From Raillietiella orientalis (Eukaryota): a stretch of 64,000 nucleotides of DNA. The translations under genes and the position numbers were made by a program. A model generated the notes under the pieces. The model had not been told where the DNA came from. It saw nothing but the letters and a program-made list of their open reading frames with translations, and made no database searches. Shown here one piece after another: positions 10,781 to 22,236 of the stretch (positions are counted from its first letter, which is position 1; every line of letters starts with the position of its first letter). The stretch lies in NCBI GenBank assembly GCA_036172245.1, contig JAYWIR010000036.1:1-64000 (forward strand), in the 5' to 3' direction.

Positions 10781-12617
10781 TCAGCTGGCAGCACCGCGGA
10801 TTGGGAAGCCGACTCGCTCCCGTTCACCGCCGCATCGTACGCAGCTAAGTCCTGGGAGCCGACAATCATCGCCTCGGGGTCGGAGCAGGGGCCAGGACCG
10901 CTTCCTCAGATCCCGGCGCTCTGGCTTCTGCAGCGGCCCTCTCGCGCGAAGCGACAGAGACAGAGTACGCAGCCGTAGTGCAAACCTGGATTCGCACCTT
11001 CTGCGGCGTGCTTCGCTCCTGCCACCTACCTTCAAAATGAGGAATTGCGAAGGATCTACCTTCGTCTTCCCCGTTGTGGGCGTGCTGGCGACCCGAGTTC
11101 AGACCGCGTCGCTGTCCTTGGGAACGCCATGCTGGGAGGAGGACGCCTTCGTCGCCTGTTTGTCCGGAGCTACGGGCTCAGGTTTCGCTCTCGCGACGAG
11201 AGAAGGCGTTGCCCGCTTCACCTGCTCCTTCGCTGGTGCGGGCGAAACGGCGCTCATTGCCGCCATCGCGCCATGCGCTTTCGCAGCCCTTCACTGCCAG
11301 TGCTCCTCTATGCCTTTCCTGCTCTCCTCGCACTTGGGGAGGCACGGCCGTTCAGAGGCAGTTCTGGCCGCTGTCCGCGCACGGTTTCCCGTGTTTTCCG
11401 GCCGCGGACGACCCAGCAGCCTTCGTTGAGTGCGTGTGTGCACTCTTAGGCTGCTCCGCGAGGGACGCTTTGCCCCCAGAGCGACGTGGCAATCTTCCCC
11501 GTCTGCGCGGATGTCTAGGACTGTGCCTTCCCTCAAGCAAGCACGCCCTTTTTCGCAGGGCCGTCGCTCGCTGCAGCAGCGTCATTCGCGCCCGATTTCT
11601 TCCCGGGCGCAGCGGGCGAAGTTTTCGGGTGGCCGGCGTCAGCTGGAGGCGATTCCTCGGCTGCCGTTTTCGCTTCAGCTCGGCGCACTCTTCAATGGAG
11701 TGACCGAGCAGTTTGCAATAGCGGCAGTTGCGAGAAGGGCACTTCCATGGACGGTGGCCCTCTGTGCTGCAAACGCCTCAAGCCGGTCGACGGCCGGCAA
11801 ACTTAAGGTGAAAGATCGCGTCGTCCACATGTAATTGGGAAGGCATTAGCCTCCGATCCGCCATGGTCACTCGCGCCATGGCAAGTCCGCTGTGGAGACA
11901 TGCTATCCTTTTAATCGGATTCTCTGCCCTCCACAGCGCGTGCACCGTGGCGAATGCACTCAGTGCACCGACGAGAACGCGATCGGGAGTGTCCACCTGG
12001 ACGGCGGACAATCGGACCACGAACGACTGGTCCATGGCCGACGGGACGACCTCCTTCCCGCGTATGTTTAGCGGGGTACCAAGAAGGCGCTGGACTAGGG
12101 CTGCCTCTTTGCAGTGCACCTCCCAGTGTCCAAGCGCGTTCACAGGCATCACAGCCAAGAGGTCTTCCTGCCTGACACCGACGCGTTCGAGATAGGCCCA
12201 TAGATTTTCTCCGACCCCGTCGGAGACAGCAGCACAAACCGGATAGCAGAGAGCAGGCTTGTAGCCATGGGCTGCATATGCCTGCATCCCCGCTTCGTCG
12301 GGCGGTGCTCCGTTTGCTGCCGCCGCCTTGACGATGGAGGCGAAGCGTCTCGGCGGTGGCGAGACCGAACCATCGGAGGCGGGCCGAGCATCAGGGGTAG
12401 AAACTCCAGTGTCGGCTGCAGCCTCCACACCCATCCTCTCATGCACGGGGGCCGTGGACATCCGAGTGGACGCACGCGAGCACACCACACACAAAGAAGA
12501 CGGAAAGGAATCGCGCTCGAGGAGCAACGCAGGGCACGTCAGTGCAGCGTTGTCGAAGAGCGCGTTCCCGACGTTCCCGAATGCTGCGAGGAAGAACTCG
12601 CCGCTACCGTGGAGCAA
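10781..12617 (-). pseudogene. L1/Tx1-like ORF1 (duplicate of 915-2741)
   Basis: Identical 279-aa ORF with the same TGA at the first knuckle Cys (11778-11780), plus an extra frameshift near 11350. Confidence 0.8.
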
Positions 12618-12635
12618 CGCTCAGTGGACATATTC

Positions 12636-14234
12636 ATTTTTTTTTCACATGTTTTTCTTTTCGCATTTAAAATACATGCTTTCTCTCGAACAGAGAAATA
12701 TTGGGTAAGAATGTAAAAGTTTCGAACATATGTATTAAGATATACTTAGATCTGTATTGGATTAATATTTAATTAATTTTTTTTGTTTTGCATCAAGAGT
12801 CTAGTGCCATTACGTTCACTGTTATTTTGTTAGGATTGGGGAACACTGGCACTGTTATAGTCAAAGAGAAAAGTGTTTAACCACGAGGAGGGAACTCAAA
12901 GTGTAGCTAGGATGGCTACGCCTTGTCCAAGTAGGGTACTGAAATCATTGGGATTTTCATCATGAAGAATTAGAGGGGTCCGTTCTTGGACAGCATGGAT
13001 GTGGAAGGAAATCGAAGCTTCAGGAAGGTTTGGAGGCAGCAAGTTTTCCGGTGAATATCTCTGGAAAACTTAATAGTGGCGTAGCTAAATGGGCTGCCGC
13101 ATCTCAGGGTGTGGCTGTTCACTCCTTGGGATTTCAGTACATTGCCATTGATGGAGTCCCAGCTTCCTAGAGCATTAATCACAATAGCGTCATTGAAGAC
13201 GTTTAAGGAATTTTGTAGTGCCGAGCTGAATGCAACGGGACGATTCTCCGAAGGGAACGATGATATCTATGATGATCGCTGTAGTGGATGCAAGAAGATG
13301 TCGGGACGCAGGAAAGGAATCTACTGACTCGATTCTCTTGACCCGAGACGAAATTGGCCACGAAGGGGATGGTAACAGCTTATCCAATCCGCTACGTAGT
13401 CGTGCCCTTTGGTAATCGAGGAGCTGAAATGGCAGGGACAATGGCACAATACATGCGCAAGTGTTTCTTTTTCATATCCGCAGAAACGGCACGTTACGAT
13501 GAGTCGACGTCCCCGCAGAAACGGCACTTTTCGACTTCCGTTCAGCACTAACTGGTTTAATCGTGCTCTGTGGATAAATCGTTAATGAGAAAATCTTATA
13601 CCACCAGACAGCGATAGGAAGGACATGGACGCGGGATGAAGGCTAGCGCATTCCATCATTCTTCCCTGATCAGGCTTCGCAAAGAGAGATTTGCATCTTT
13701 CGTCTCTTAGAAATAGCGAATGTTTCTTGCCATTTGCCTCCTATGTGAAGCCGAAAGAATTTTGGGGATTTCAGCAGTAGTAGAGTGGACGGAAATGGTG
13801 ATGCAGTTCTCCTCAGAACCTGATTCGATAGGTAGATGTTTGGATGCTTCCCTGACCGGGGACCAAAATGTGCGTGGGTCACCACTCATGCAATTCAGGG
13901 GTTCCAGACAACACCCATCGAGAAAGCGGGTAATGAGGGTAATGTCAGGAGGGGCATGGTTGGCTACCGCTTCGCATCGTCCGACAACGTCATCTTTGCT
14001 AGGTCGGCAACTCTGCTATCTGGGCAAGTAAGCAGTTGCAAGGAGGAATCTCCTGTCATCGAGCGCGCTTTCTCGATAAGGCGCATCACTCCAAGGCAGC
14101 AATCCCTTGTTTCTCCATAGAGATATTCGTACCATGACCCTTTTGAGAGGGGGAGGATAGACCGCTTCACGACATACTTGATGATTTTGTCGAGCGCAGC
14201 ACATGAGCTCCAAGGTTTTGTGGACAGACGAAAG
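12636..14234 (-). mobile_element. RLE-type non-LTR remnant (duplicate of 2760-4360)
   Basis: Same motifs (CRFCGYEKETLAHVLCHC, IIIDIIVPF, ALGSW) with different frameshifts. Confidence 0.85.
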
Positions 14235-14238
14235 TCAT

Positions 14239-15174
14239 GAACAAGGCTCATCAACAAGGAGGGAAGCGAACCGACGTCGTCGTCCGTCATCGAGGCCGCG
14301 CTCGATGACGTCGCCTTCGAACGAGCGGCGGAAGTGCTGGCTTCCTCGCTGAAGCCGTCAACTTCCAAGGCCGGCAAGAAGGCCGTGAAACGTCCGACCT
14401 CTACTCAGGAGTCGGTAACTTCCGACCCCGAGGCTGAGGCCGGAAACGCAGCTTCCATCTCCGCGGCGCCCCGCAGGAAGGCTGGACGAAAGTCCAGCAT
14501 ACCCCTGCGGAAGACCGTTTCCCCCGCCGAAGAAGAAGAGATGGCTTCCGCAAGCGAGGGTGCCATGAGCGTGGGAGAATCTTGGAACTCGTTGCCCGAG
14601 AGACTCCCACGCTCGGAAACGGAGGGGGTGGAGGAAGAACATGTGTCTGAGGTGCCTGAGGAGGCCGAAACCCCCATGGCCATCTCACCCGCCTCGGAAA
14701 AGGCGGGTCCGCCACACCGACATCTTCCCAGCAGTAATGCCGAGAATATCCTGCCGCCGCCGTCTGCGCATCGCCCTTGGGAACGTCAACGGCATGACAG
14801 ACGCCGGCAGCAGACGAGACCTGGCCGCCCTCCTAGGATCCTTCGACCTTGCGCTGCTGCAGGACATCCACGTGATCTCTGCAGAACAAGAGCAGGAGAT
14901 TAGTCACCCGGTCACGCCGCCCGTGTATTTTACACAAGATTTTAGAACAATTACAGAAAATAGCGCGGGAGATGGAGCGGATCTTCGCAGGACGGCCGCG
15001 GTATCGGTGTGGACAACCGCAGAGTTGCGGTCTTGCCTACCTGCTTCGGCCAGTCGTCGAGGACGCGGAGCGGGGCGTGCGGTTCGACGATCAAGGTCGT
15101 GTCGGCCAGCTGCTTCTCAGATGGTCCGACTCCATCGACCTGATTGTCAACGACCTGTATGCCCCGAGGGGCAC
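14239..15174 (+). pseudogene. ORF1 tail and APE endonuclease fragment (duplicate of 4365-5300)
   Basis: Same GNVNG, LLQDIH and DLYAP motifs. Confidence 0.8.
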
Positions 15175-15373
15175 GGACCTGACGGACAGCTGCAAAGCGG
15201 CGCGACTGGCTGACCGAGGAAGGCGTGCGGAACTCTCATCCGGTTGCAGGAGAAGTCAACGTGCGTTTTCGTGTCGCTCCGTAGCTCCACCATTTTGTTG
15301 AGCATGTCTTTCCCACCGCTGAGTCACGAGGATGAGAAGTGAACAAGCCTACGTGGAAGTCGGTAAGCCAAGC

Positions 15374-15835
15374 GTTCCGGTTTTCCCTTCCCGCAGTGGG
15401 ATCGATGGCGAAAGATATTGCGAGCCATTCGCCTCTGGCAAGCACGTTCGCAGACGTTGCTGCGGTAGCACCTATACAAGGAAGCCGCCATGCAGACGCA
15501 GAGCTGCAGGCCTACGTAGCCGAGGGTCACAGATCTGCGCTTCGCTATAATGTAAGTAAGATGGGGATGAGTAAGTGGAAAAACCCTTCCCTGTGGGAGT
15601 CCGGCAGGAGGACCTGAGAGACCTCATGACTGTACGCGCACTGGGCTACGATCAAGTCCGGTGCACTCAGCCTGAAATTGCCATCCGCACTCCCTTGTCC
15701 GTCGGAGGGAAAACTGTTTGTCCCATTGAGATGCACCAATCATTTGTAGCTGCTCTAAAGGACGTGCAGCCAGAGAGCAACTGCAAACTATGCTATCACC
15801 GCATGGCGGAATTAGCCACACAGTTCACGCCGTGA
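15374..15835 (+). pseudogene. ORF1 paralog fragment (duplicate of 5500-5960)
   Basis: VGVRQEDL and TPLSVGGKTVCPIEMHQSFV. Confidence 0.75.
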
Positions 15836-18259
15836 GGAGGAAGAGGAGTTCCTACAAGAAGTTCCCTTCCGTGCACGCAGGATCTGCTTCGCCCAAGAAA
15901 ACCATAACTAACCGTCGCAGGCTGTCTGCGCAGCAGGAATGCAGCACGTCAAACGAACCAATACAAATGCATCGAAACGCATCGAGGAGTCATTCTAACC
16001 AGACGATCCCTACTACTTCCAAGGACCTAAACATTCATCGCCAGAGGAACACGAATATTTTCCGCCCCTTCTCCAGAGGAGGCTGTCGGTTCAACAGGAA
16101 GAACGCCTCGAACAGGAGCAGTTACCATTCCACTGCAAAGATGCTTCGGCCGGAATGAACAACGACGCGACCTCACGTTCCGCATGTGTGCTGGCGTGGT
16201 GCAGCCACATACACGTGCTCTACCTCCTTTGCTGTCCCGTTTCACCAACACCACCTTCTTCTTCACGAAGATTACATCTCCGTAAGGCGGCCAGCGTTCG
16301 CGCTCACGACCTCCGCTCGGCAGTCGGCCAATCGCTTTCACACCCTCTTCCCCTTGATTCCTCAGCCAGCCTCTTTTCTCTCTCTTGCTAGCCTACGCCC
16401 ATGCTCGACTCTTCCGCCGTCTCTCCGTCTGCAGACACTCGTTTCCCTCCTCCTGATTATCTCAATTGGCCTCCCTCCTCCACTCCCTCCCTTGTAGCAG
16501 TCCCGTTTACTAAAAGACAACAAGGTTCCCTCCGGGAGTTGGCTGTATTTCTCTGGAACGGCCCCCGTCCGTCCAGATGATGTTATTACAGACCGGTATT
16601 CATCGTGCCCCACGCCTCCGATTCCTGGAAATAGAAGTGTCATCATCCGAGGAACAAATCCCTCAGCTTACCCACACCACTATCAGCGGTGGCTCGGAAG
16701 CGCGCGGGCATTCCCCGGAATGCCCACACACGATCGAGGATGGACTCGTGGTGCCCCCCGACACCGCGCAGTCCTCTTTAGGGAACGTTTGCAGATTCGG
16801 CATCCGAACTACGTCACTACCGACGCAGGATGCGCGCGAAACGCAGCAACCACAAACAGGAATGTTAGAGTCCCTGCGCCGTCAGTGAACGGGCTCCCAC
16901 CTCCTTCCTGTAAAACCACATGCCGGCTGCAGGTGCAAGACTGCAGACGAGCCACGTCTTTCCGGTTGGCATCTTGAAGCTGGCGGATAAATGAGCAACA
17001 CTCGACGGGATGGACTTTCTTTGCAGGGATGGTCTTGTGTCTTTTTTTTTTCTTTGCACGATGCGTATCCTAGGAAACCTCTTAGGACAGGCCCCGTCTC
17101 ACTCGTGGAAACTGCGATTTTCGGGCGGCTCGTTTTTGCGGTCGTGGCGGTGACACAGGTTCCATCAGGTGGATGGAGCGAAAGAAAATCACCGCCACCT
17201 CTCGTCAACGGAACTCTCGAATAAGGCTTTTCCCGTCCATCCGTCCTTCTCTTCGTCCGAACCCGTGGACCGTCTTTTGCGCTCCTGCCCCTCTGCCAAA
17301 ATTACAAGCCTTGCTCTCTTCGTCTGCTTGCCGTCTTCATTCCTGCACCTCTCGTCCTACCTTGGTGCTGTGCCACTTTGTCGTCTTGCGCGCCTCTTCC
17401 TCTTCGTGCTCTTGCACGCACTCTCAGCTCCTGGATTCCTCTTCTCGCGATCTTCTCTGTTTTTCCCATTACTGCGGATAGGTGGTGCCTTCCTTGGTTC
17501 GCCTTCCCACGAGTGATGGAGACTGAGGATTTGCCCCAGGACTCGGTTCTTCACTTTGAGGGAGCAGAAAGTGCAGGAGGAACACTTTCCTGATGCTCCG
17601 CAGCTCTTCTGGTGTCGCGGATGCGTACTTCTGGAGAGCACGAAGCTATTTTGCAAGCTATGAAGAAACTTCATCGGCAGCAGAGAAGAAGGGAAGCAAA
17701 CAACCGTCTGGATGCTTGGAGTTTCCCGCGATTGTGCTCCCATTTGTCGCGCATTCCAGACGGCGTCGTGAGGGTGTCATAGCCTCAGCCACCCCAACCC
17801 AGCAGTATGGCGCTCATTTGTGCAGTGCTGGGACTGGGATTGAAGTCAACCTTCACTACACGAACCGTGTACACGTAGCCCTCTCACGTACTATGCTTCC
17901 CAATTGAGTTTCCGCTAGAGGGCATCTCGGTCGCTTCCTGTAAGCGATTCCGCTGGAGAGTCGGTTCATCGTTTTGCGTCAGGTTTCCCCATTTCTCGTT
18001 CATTGATGCGCTCACTGCGTCTGAAAGTACACCTCCGGAAACTGTGCATTGCAGCCAAGTCGTGCTGAGTTTTCACATGAATGACGGACAGTTCTCATGA
18101 GGAAATGCATTCCTGGAATGCACACGTAAGGACTGTGGAAAGGATCGGCGTGAGAAAACATGCTAGCCAGGTGGCAAATGAAAAGTAAATAGATAAAGCA
18201 TGTGCGTAAGGAGGAAAGGAGCCGCCAGCGTAGAGAAGAAATGTAAAGCAAAGTTGATC

Positions 18260-19190
18260 GAGCGTTGCTACGATAGCGGCTGGCTGCAGGGCGTCCCTCA
18301 CGGAGAAAAGCCGAAAAACGTCTCTGGGAGGGCTACCTTCCACGATCCCTGGGGTCGTACCCAAGCGTTCCCAAAGAAGCCGGAGGGCAGCGCAGTCAAC
18401 TAAGAGGTGCGAAAGGGATTCACGCTCCCCACACCTGGCACATTTTGGATTCACTCGTCCCCGTGTCCAGTGGTGGCGGCGCGCGTTGCAGCGGAGCCGC
18501 CAGTGCAACAGCATAAGCGTCAACTCCTGCCATTTTAGGGGACGGATCCTTCTTCCGGTTATCACTGGAGGCCACTTCAGGTCGTCCGTCGTGGTGCCGA
18601 GCAGCTCGCCCAATTTTTTGAGTCCTTGCGGAAGGACGCTCTTGCTTTGTGTCGTCTGCCAGCTGTCCCATGGTCCAACCGCTCATCAACTTTTCCCTGC
18701 CTGCGATACGGCAACAGACTTGCCACGTCGGCGTCCGGCTGCTGACGAGGGCCGTACGAAGGAAGGCAGCGCCGTGGTCAGTGGGGTCGTCTCCGCCCAC
18801 GTGCTTCTGGCGGGACACTCGAGCATCTTCCGCAGCGTGCAGCGGGCATACATGCCGGATCGTAGGAGGTTCAGGGATTCATTTCCACACTGGTTTAGCT
18901 TCGTCCACGTGGCCACACTTTCCTCCAACGATGCGCTGGAGTTCGCGGGGCTGCATACCATCCAGCCATTCTCCTTGGCCAGTGTGGCCATGCGTCCCAT
19001 AAGGCCGCATCTTCTGATCTGGCGGCCAGGACACATAAGATGAGACGCAAGTCCTTCCGACGCGATGCGAAGCGCTTAATCCATCAAGGTGACTCGGGAC
19101 CTCCCGTTTCCCCACAGGGGGATGCGCAGGAGTTCCTTCATCCTCTTCTTAATTTCCAGAGGGACGAGGCAAAGAAAAAGCAGGGGCCGG
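18260..19190 (-). pseudogene. 5'-truncated L1/Tx1-like ORF2 3' part; second subfamily left of the AT-rich island
   Basis: zf-RVT CARCGERESLSHLLVDC. 18900-19190 encodes LLFLCLVPLEIKKRMKELLRIPLWGNGRSRVTLMD and MATLAKENGWMVCSPANSS, diverged homologs of LLFVCPVPKEIKKRTKDLLRIALWGKGRPRVPLMD and VATLARENAWMICSPVNSS at 8900-9330. Confidence 0.85.
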
Positions 19191-19783
19191 AGGAAACTTT
19201 TCTCCTGTAAAACTCTCCAAAAAAATCGTGCCATCATAAGATCAAGGAAACAAGCAGCGTCTTGACAGCATTTCAATCAGTTCTTCATTCACCTAATCAC
19301 AACTGGGATGAGTCGAAGATATGTCGAAACTACCTTTATATACATTACCAGCTACAATAACCATGCTGAACCCTTTTGAGTACCTTGTAAGTTTCTGAAA
19401 TTATGTAGTGTAATTTGTACAGCTTGCCCAGAAAGATGACAAACTGTGGGATACCCATTTCTTTGTTTCATTCTGAGGTAGCATCGATGAAGACAATATT
19501 TTTGCAAGGCCCCACTTCTGGTGATGGGATTATGGGTGACGGAATGGAACCTTCTGATTATGGGAAGTTTTGGACTCTGTCATCTCGATCTTATATACTA
19601 AACTTTGTGAAAATGATCTTTAGTGTCTGCACAGTAAAATCACTATTACTGTTCTGAAGCCACACTGGAACAAGTGGACAGGCATGGAGTGGCCCTTGTC
19701 AAGTAGCAATCAAACATAGAAACTTGGAATGCTTGCCAAAAAATTAGTACTGCCAGCAGTATGAAGCACATAAGTCTATGCTG

Positions 19784-19870
19784 TGAAGGAAGCAGTACTC
19801 TGTCAGGTGTATAAAGTACAAGGAGTACTGCTTCCTTTAAGGATCATACCCTTAGGGATGACTTCCTTCA
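19784..19870. repeat. Compact fold-back (hairpin) element
   Basis: Perfect 15-bp inverted repeat aaggaagcagtactc (19786-19800) / gagtactgcttcctt (19823-19837). Outer tgaaggaag (19784-19792) / cttccttca (19862-19870). Confidence 0.75.
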
Positions 19871-20949
19871 GAAAAAATTACAATACCAAAATAAAGAATG
19901 CTATTTTGATAACCGTGTGACTCCAGATAGGCTTAATTAAGTATTTAATACAACATTCTGACACATATAGTAGCACAAGCGGTGAGTGTGTTTTGGAACA
20001 TGTAGCAAAGCAAACTTTCAAAAAGAAACATCATACCCTCCAAATTGTAAAGGCTACAGCCCCCAAATTCTACTACCCTTGATTTGGAAGCAACTCAAAT
20101 CACACGGGTTTCTTCTAGGGGACAAATTGCTGGCATGGCTTTTCTTTCATGGTTAGAAAGTAACCTCTCTCGCAAGATACAAACAATACGGACACAGCCC
20201 TTGGTAGACGACATTACTTGGCATAAAATCATTTTTTTTTACTCAGAATTCTGTCTGCTCATCCTTCAACTGATAAATTTACTTTCTCTTCTGCAAAAAC
20301 TTAAGGGCTTTTAAGATTACTTTTTCAATTTAATGTAATTAGTAAATTTTCAATTAACACTACATGGTACCATGAACATAGTCTTGCTGACTCCTCCTTA
20401 ATCACACAAATGAGGTCACATCCCATTCCAAACCTACACACATAGTACAATTATCCAAACATATTTCCACAATTCCTGGTAAATATGTAGTACTATAATG
20501 GTATGGAAGACAAATCAGTATTTCTTAATGTTGTCCATTTTGCTCATGGATGTTGCATGCAACAACAATAACAAATCCTTTCTTTCCATAATTCCTGTTA
20601 AAAAAAAGACTTGTGATTGCTGCTACAACATTGAATAATACTGATGTCTTCCATGCCGTTCTACTACAATCTCCATGAACAAAGTGCTGTAATAACGCAT
20701 TGAAGCTCACTGAAATACTAGCAAACAAACATAAGAATGAAAAAAATTGTCTCTTCTTTCAAAACTGCTGATCTGATTCCAGGACTCACCATTTTCCAAA
20801 TTTCTGGATAAAGGAACATTGAAAAACATGAGGACCAACAATGCTTCCTAATTAAAACATTCCAGGTCTTTGAAAATAAAATTAATGGTACACTCCCTGT
20901 TTAAATTTACATTTATCATTTAATTCTGATATGTCATGCAGTAACACTG

Positions 20950-22236
20950 TCACATATGAACAATGGGAGGAATATTGAGCTCCTTGTATAAATCATTTAT
21001 GTCTTGATGCCAGCGTTTTTCAAAATACACATTCATAAAAAATTTGGCCTGAAAACCAACTTGAATGGCCCAGGGTAAATAAACTGTTACATACTTTCTA
21101 CGTTGTCTGAAACATCCCATTTACACACAAAAACAACAGGAATACTCATACTTTGGTTTCAGTCGTATAGCACCAAATAGTCCTCCACCAAGGCACATTG
21201 GCATTCCAGTCTGAATTCCTTCCACCCACTTTACCACTACTTCACCTAACATATGAGTATCCATGCCAAGAAAAGCATGAACAATGTCATGGATTTGACG
21301 GTATCTGGTCATCACATATGCTAGATTGATGTCATCCACAAACTGGACGGGTGCACGAGAATCAGGAGTGATTTTCTGAATAAGCACAAGATTGGAACAC
21401 AATATAAAAGGAATGACATACTCTTAAATAAGCACCTCAAAAGCCTTACATTTCTTTCCAGAAAATCCACATATACTCTTCCCAAGGTGTGTTTCGGCAT
21501 TTTTCCAAGTGCAAGAAGATCAACAGTTGACGAATGAATAATTGGTCTGTCACTAGTTGTCAGAACACAAATCGAGGTATTGCGTTTGATTTTCACTATT
21601 TTTTTTTCTTACATAAGAATTTGCTGACCTTCAGGATCAGCTTTCATTTTCTTATACATTGATTCCATGCAACAACTTCCACCTGCTTCTCCACATACGG
21701 CAATCAAATCTACAAAACATTGAAATTTACATACAATGCCACTTTCTTACAGATGCTTGGGTGACCTGGATCAATTGATGTGCAAAAATGTATGCTATAG
21801 CATTACAAATACAAAAGAATGAAAACGACAGAACCATACTACACCGCTATCTTTAAAATAATCCCGCGAAACTGATATAAACAGAAACTCACAGGAATTT
21901 CTCTGCAGAAATCATAGTAAACGAGGATTAAATCTCGCTCTACTACAAAACCAAAAACTCCCTAATCTGGAATGCCATTCAATGTAGTAACGAAATGCTC
22001 AAATGCTGGGCAATAAAAGTCAATTCATGTGGTTCACCTCCTCTTTGGGGATGAAGCAATGATCCAATAGATGAACCAACAAACAACAAAAATTTCTGCA
22101 AACTTGTTGTAGGTATATGCGTTTGGTAAGCTTTTGCCTCAGCATAGTTTGCTGGTGCCATACAAACATGAGAACTCGTTTGATAGTAACAACTAGAGAT
22201 CCTCATCACAGCAGTGCTTGATCCTAATAACTTCAT
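20950..22236 (-). CDS. COQ4: Ubiquinone biosynthesis protein COQ4, mitochondrial; 5 exons, 259 aa
   Basis: Exons 22236-22038, 21709-21613, 21552-21450, 21375-21152 and 21106-20950 total 780 nt with an open frame ending in TGA. Introns of 328, 60, 74 and 45 nt are all GT..AG. Translation contains [88 protein letters not shown] (HDxxH..E motif) and YFEKRW. An alternative in-frame ATG lies at 22302. Confidence 0.95.

Larger units (their letters stand above)
8886..18745. repeat. Tandem segmental duplication, copy 2 (~9.86 kb unit)
   Basis: 9865-18745 matches 1-8885. The counterpart of 8886-9864 is predicted to lie just before the window start. Confidence 0.93.
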
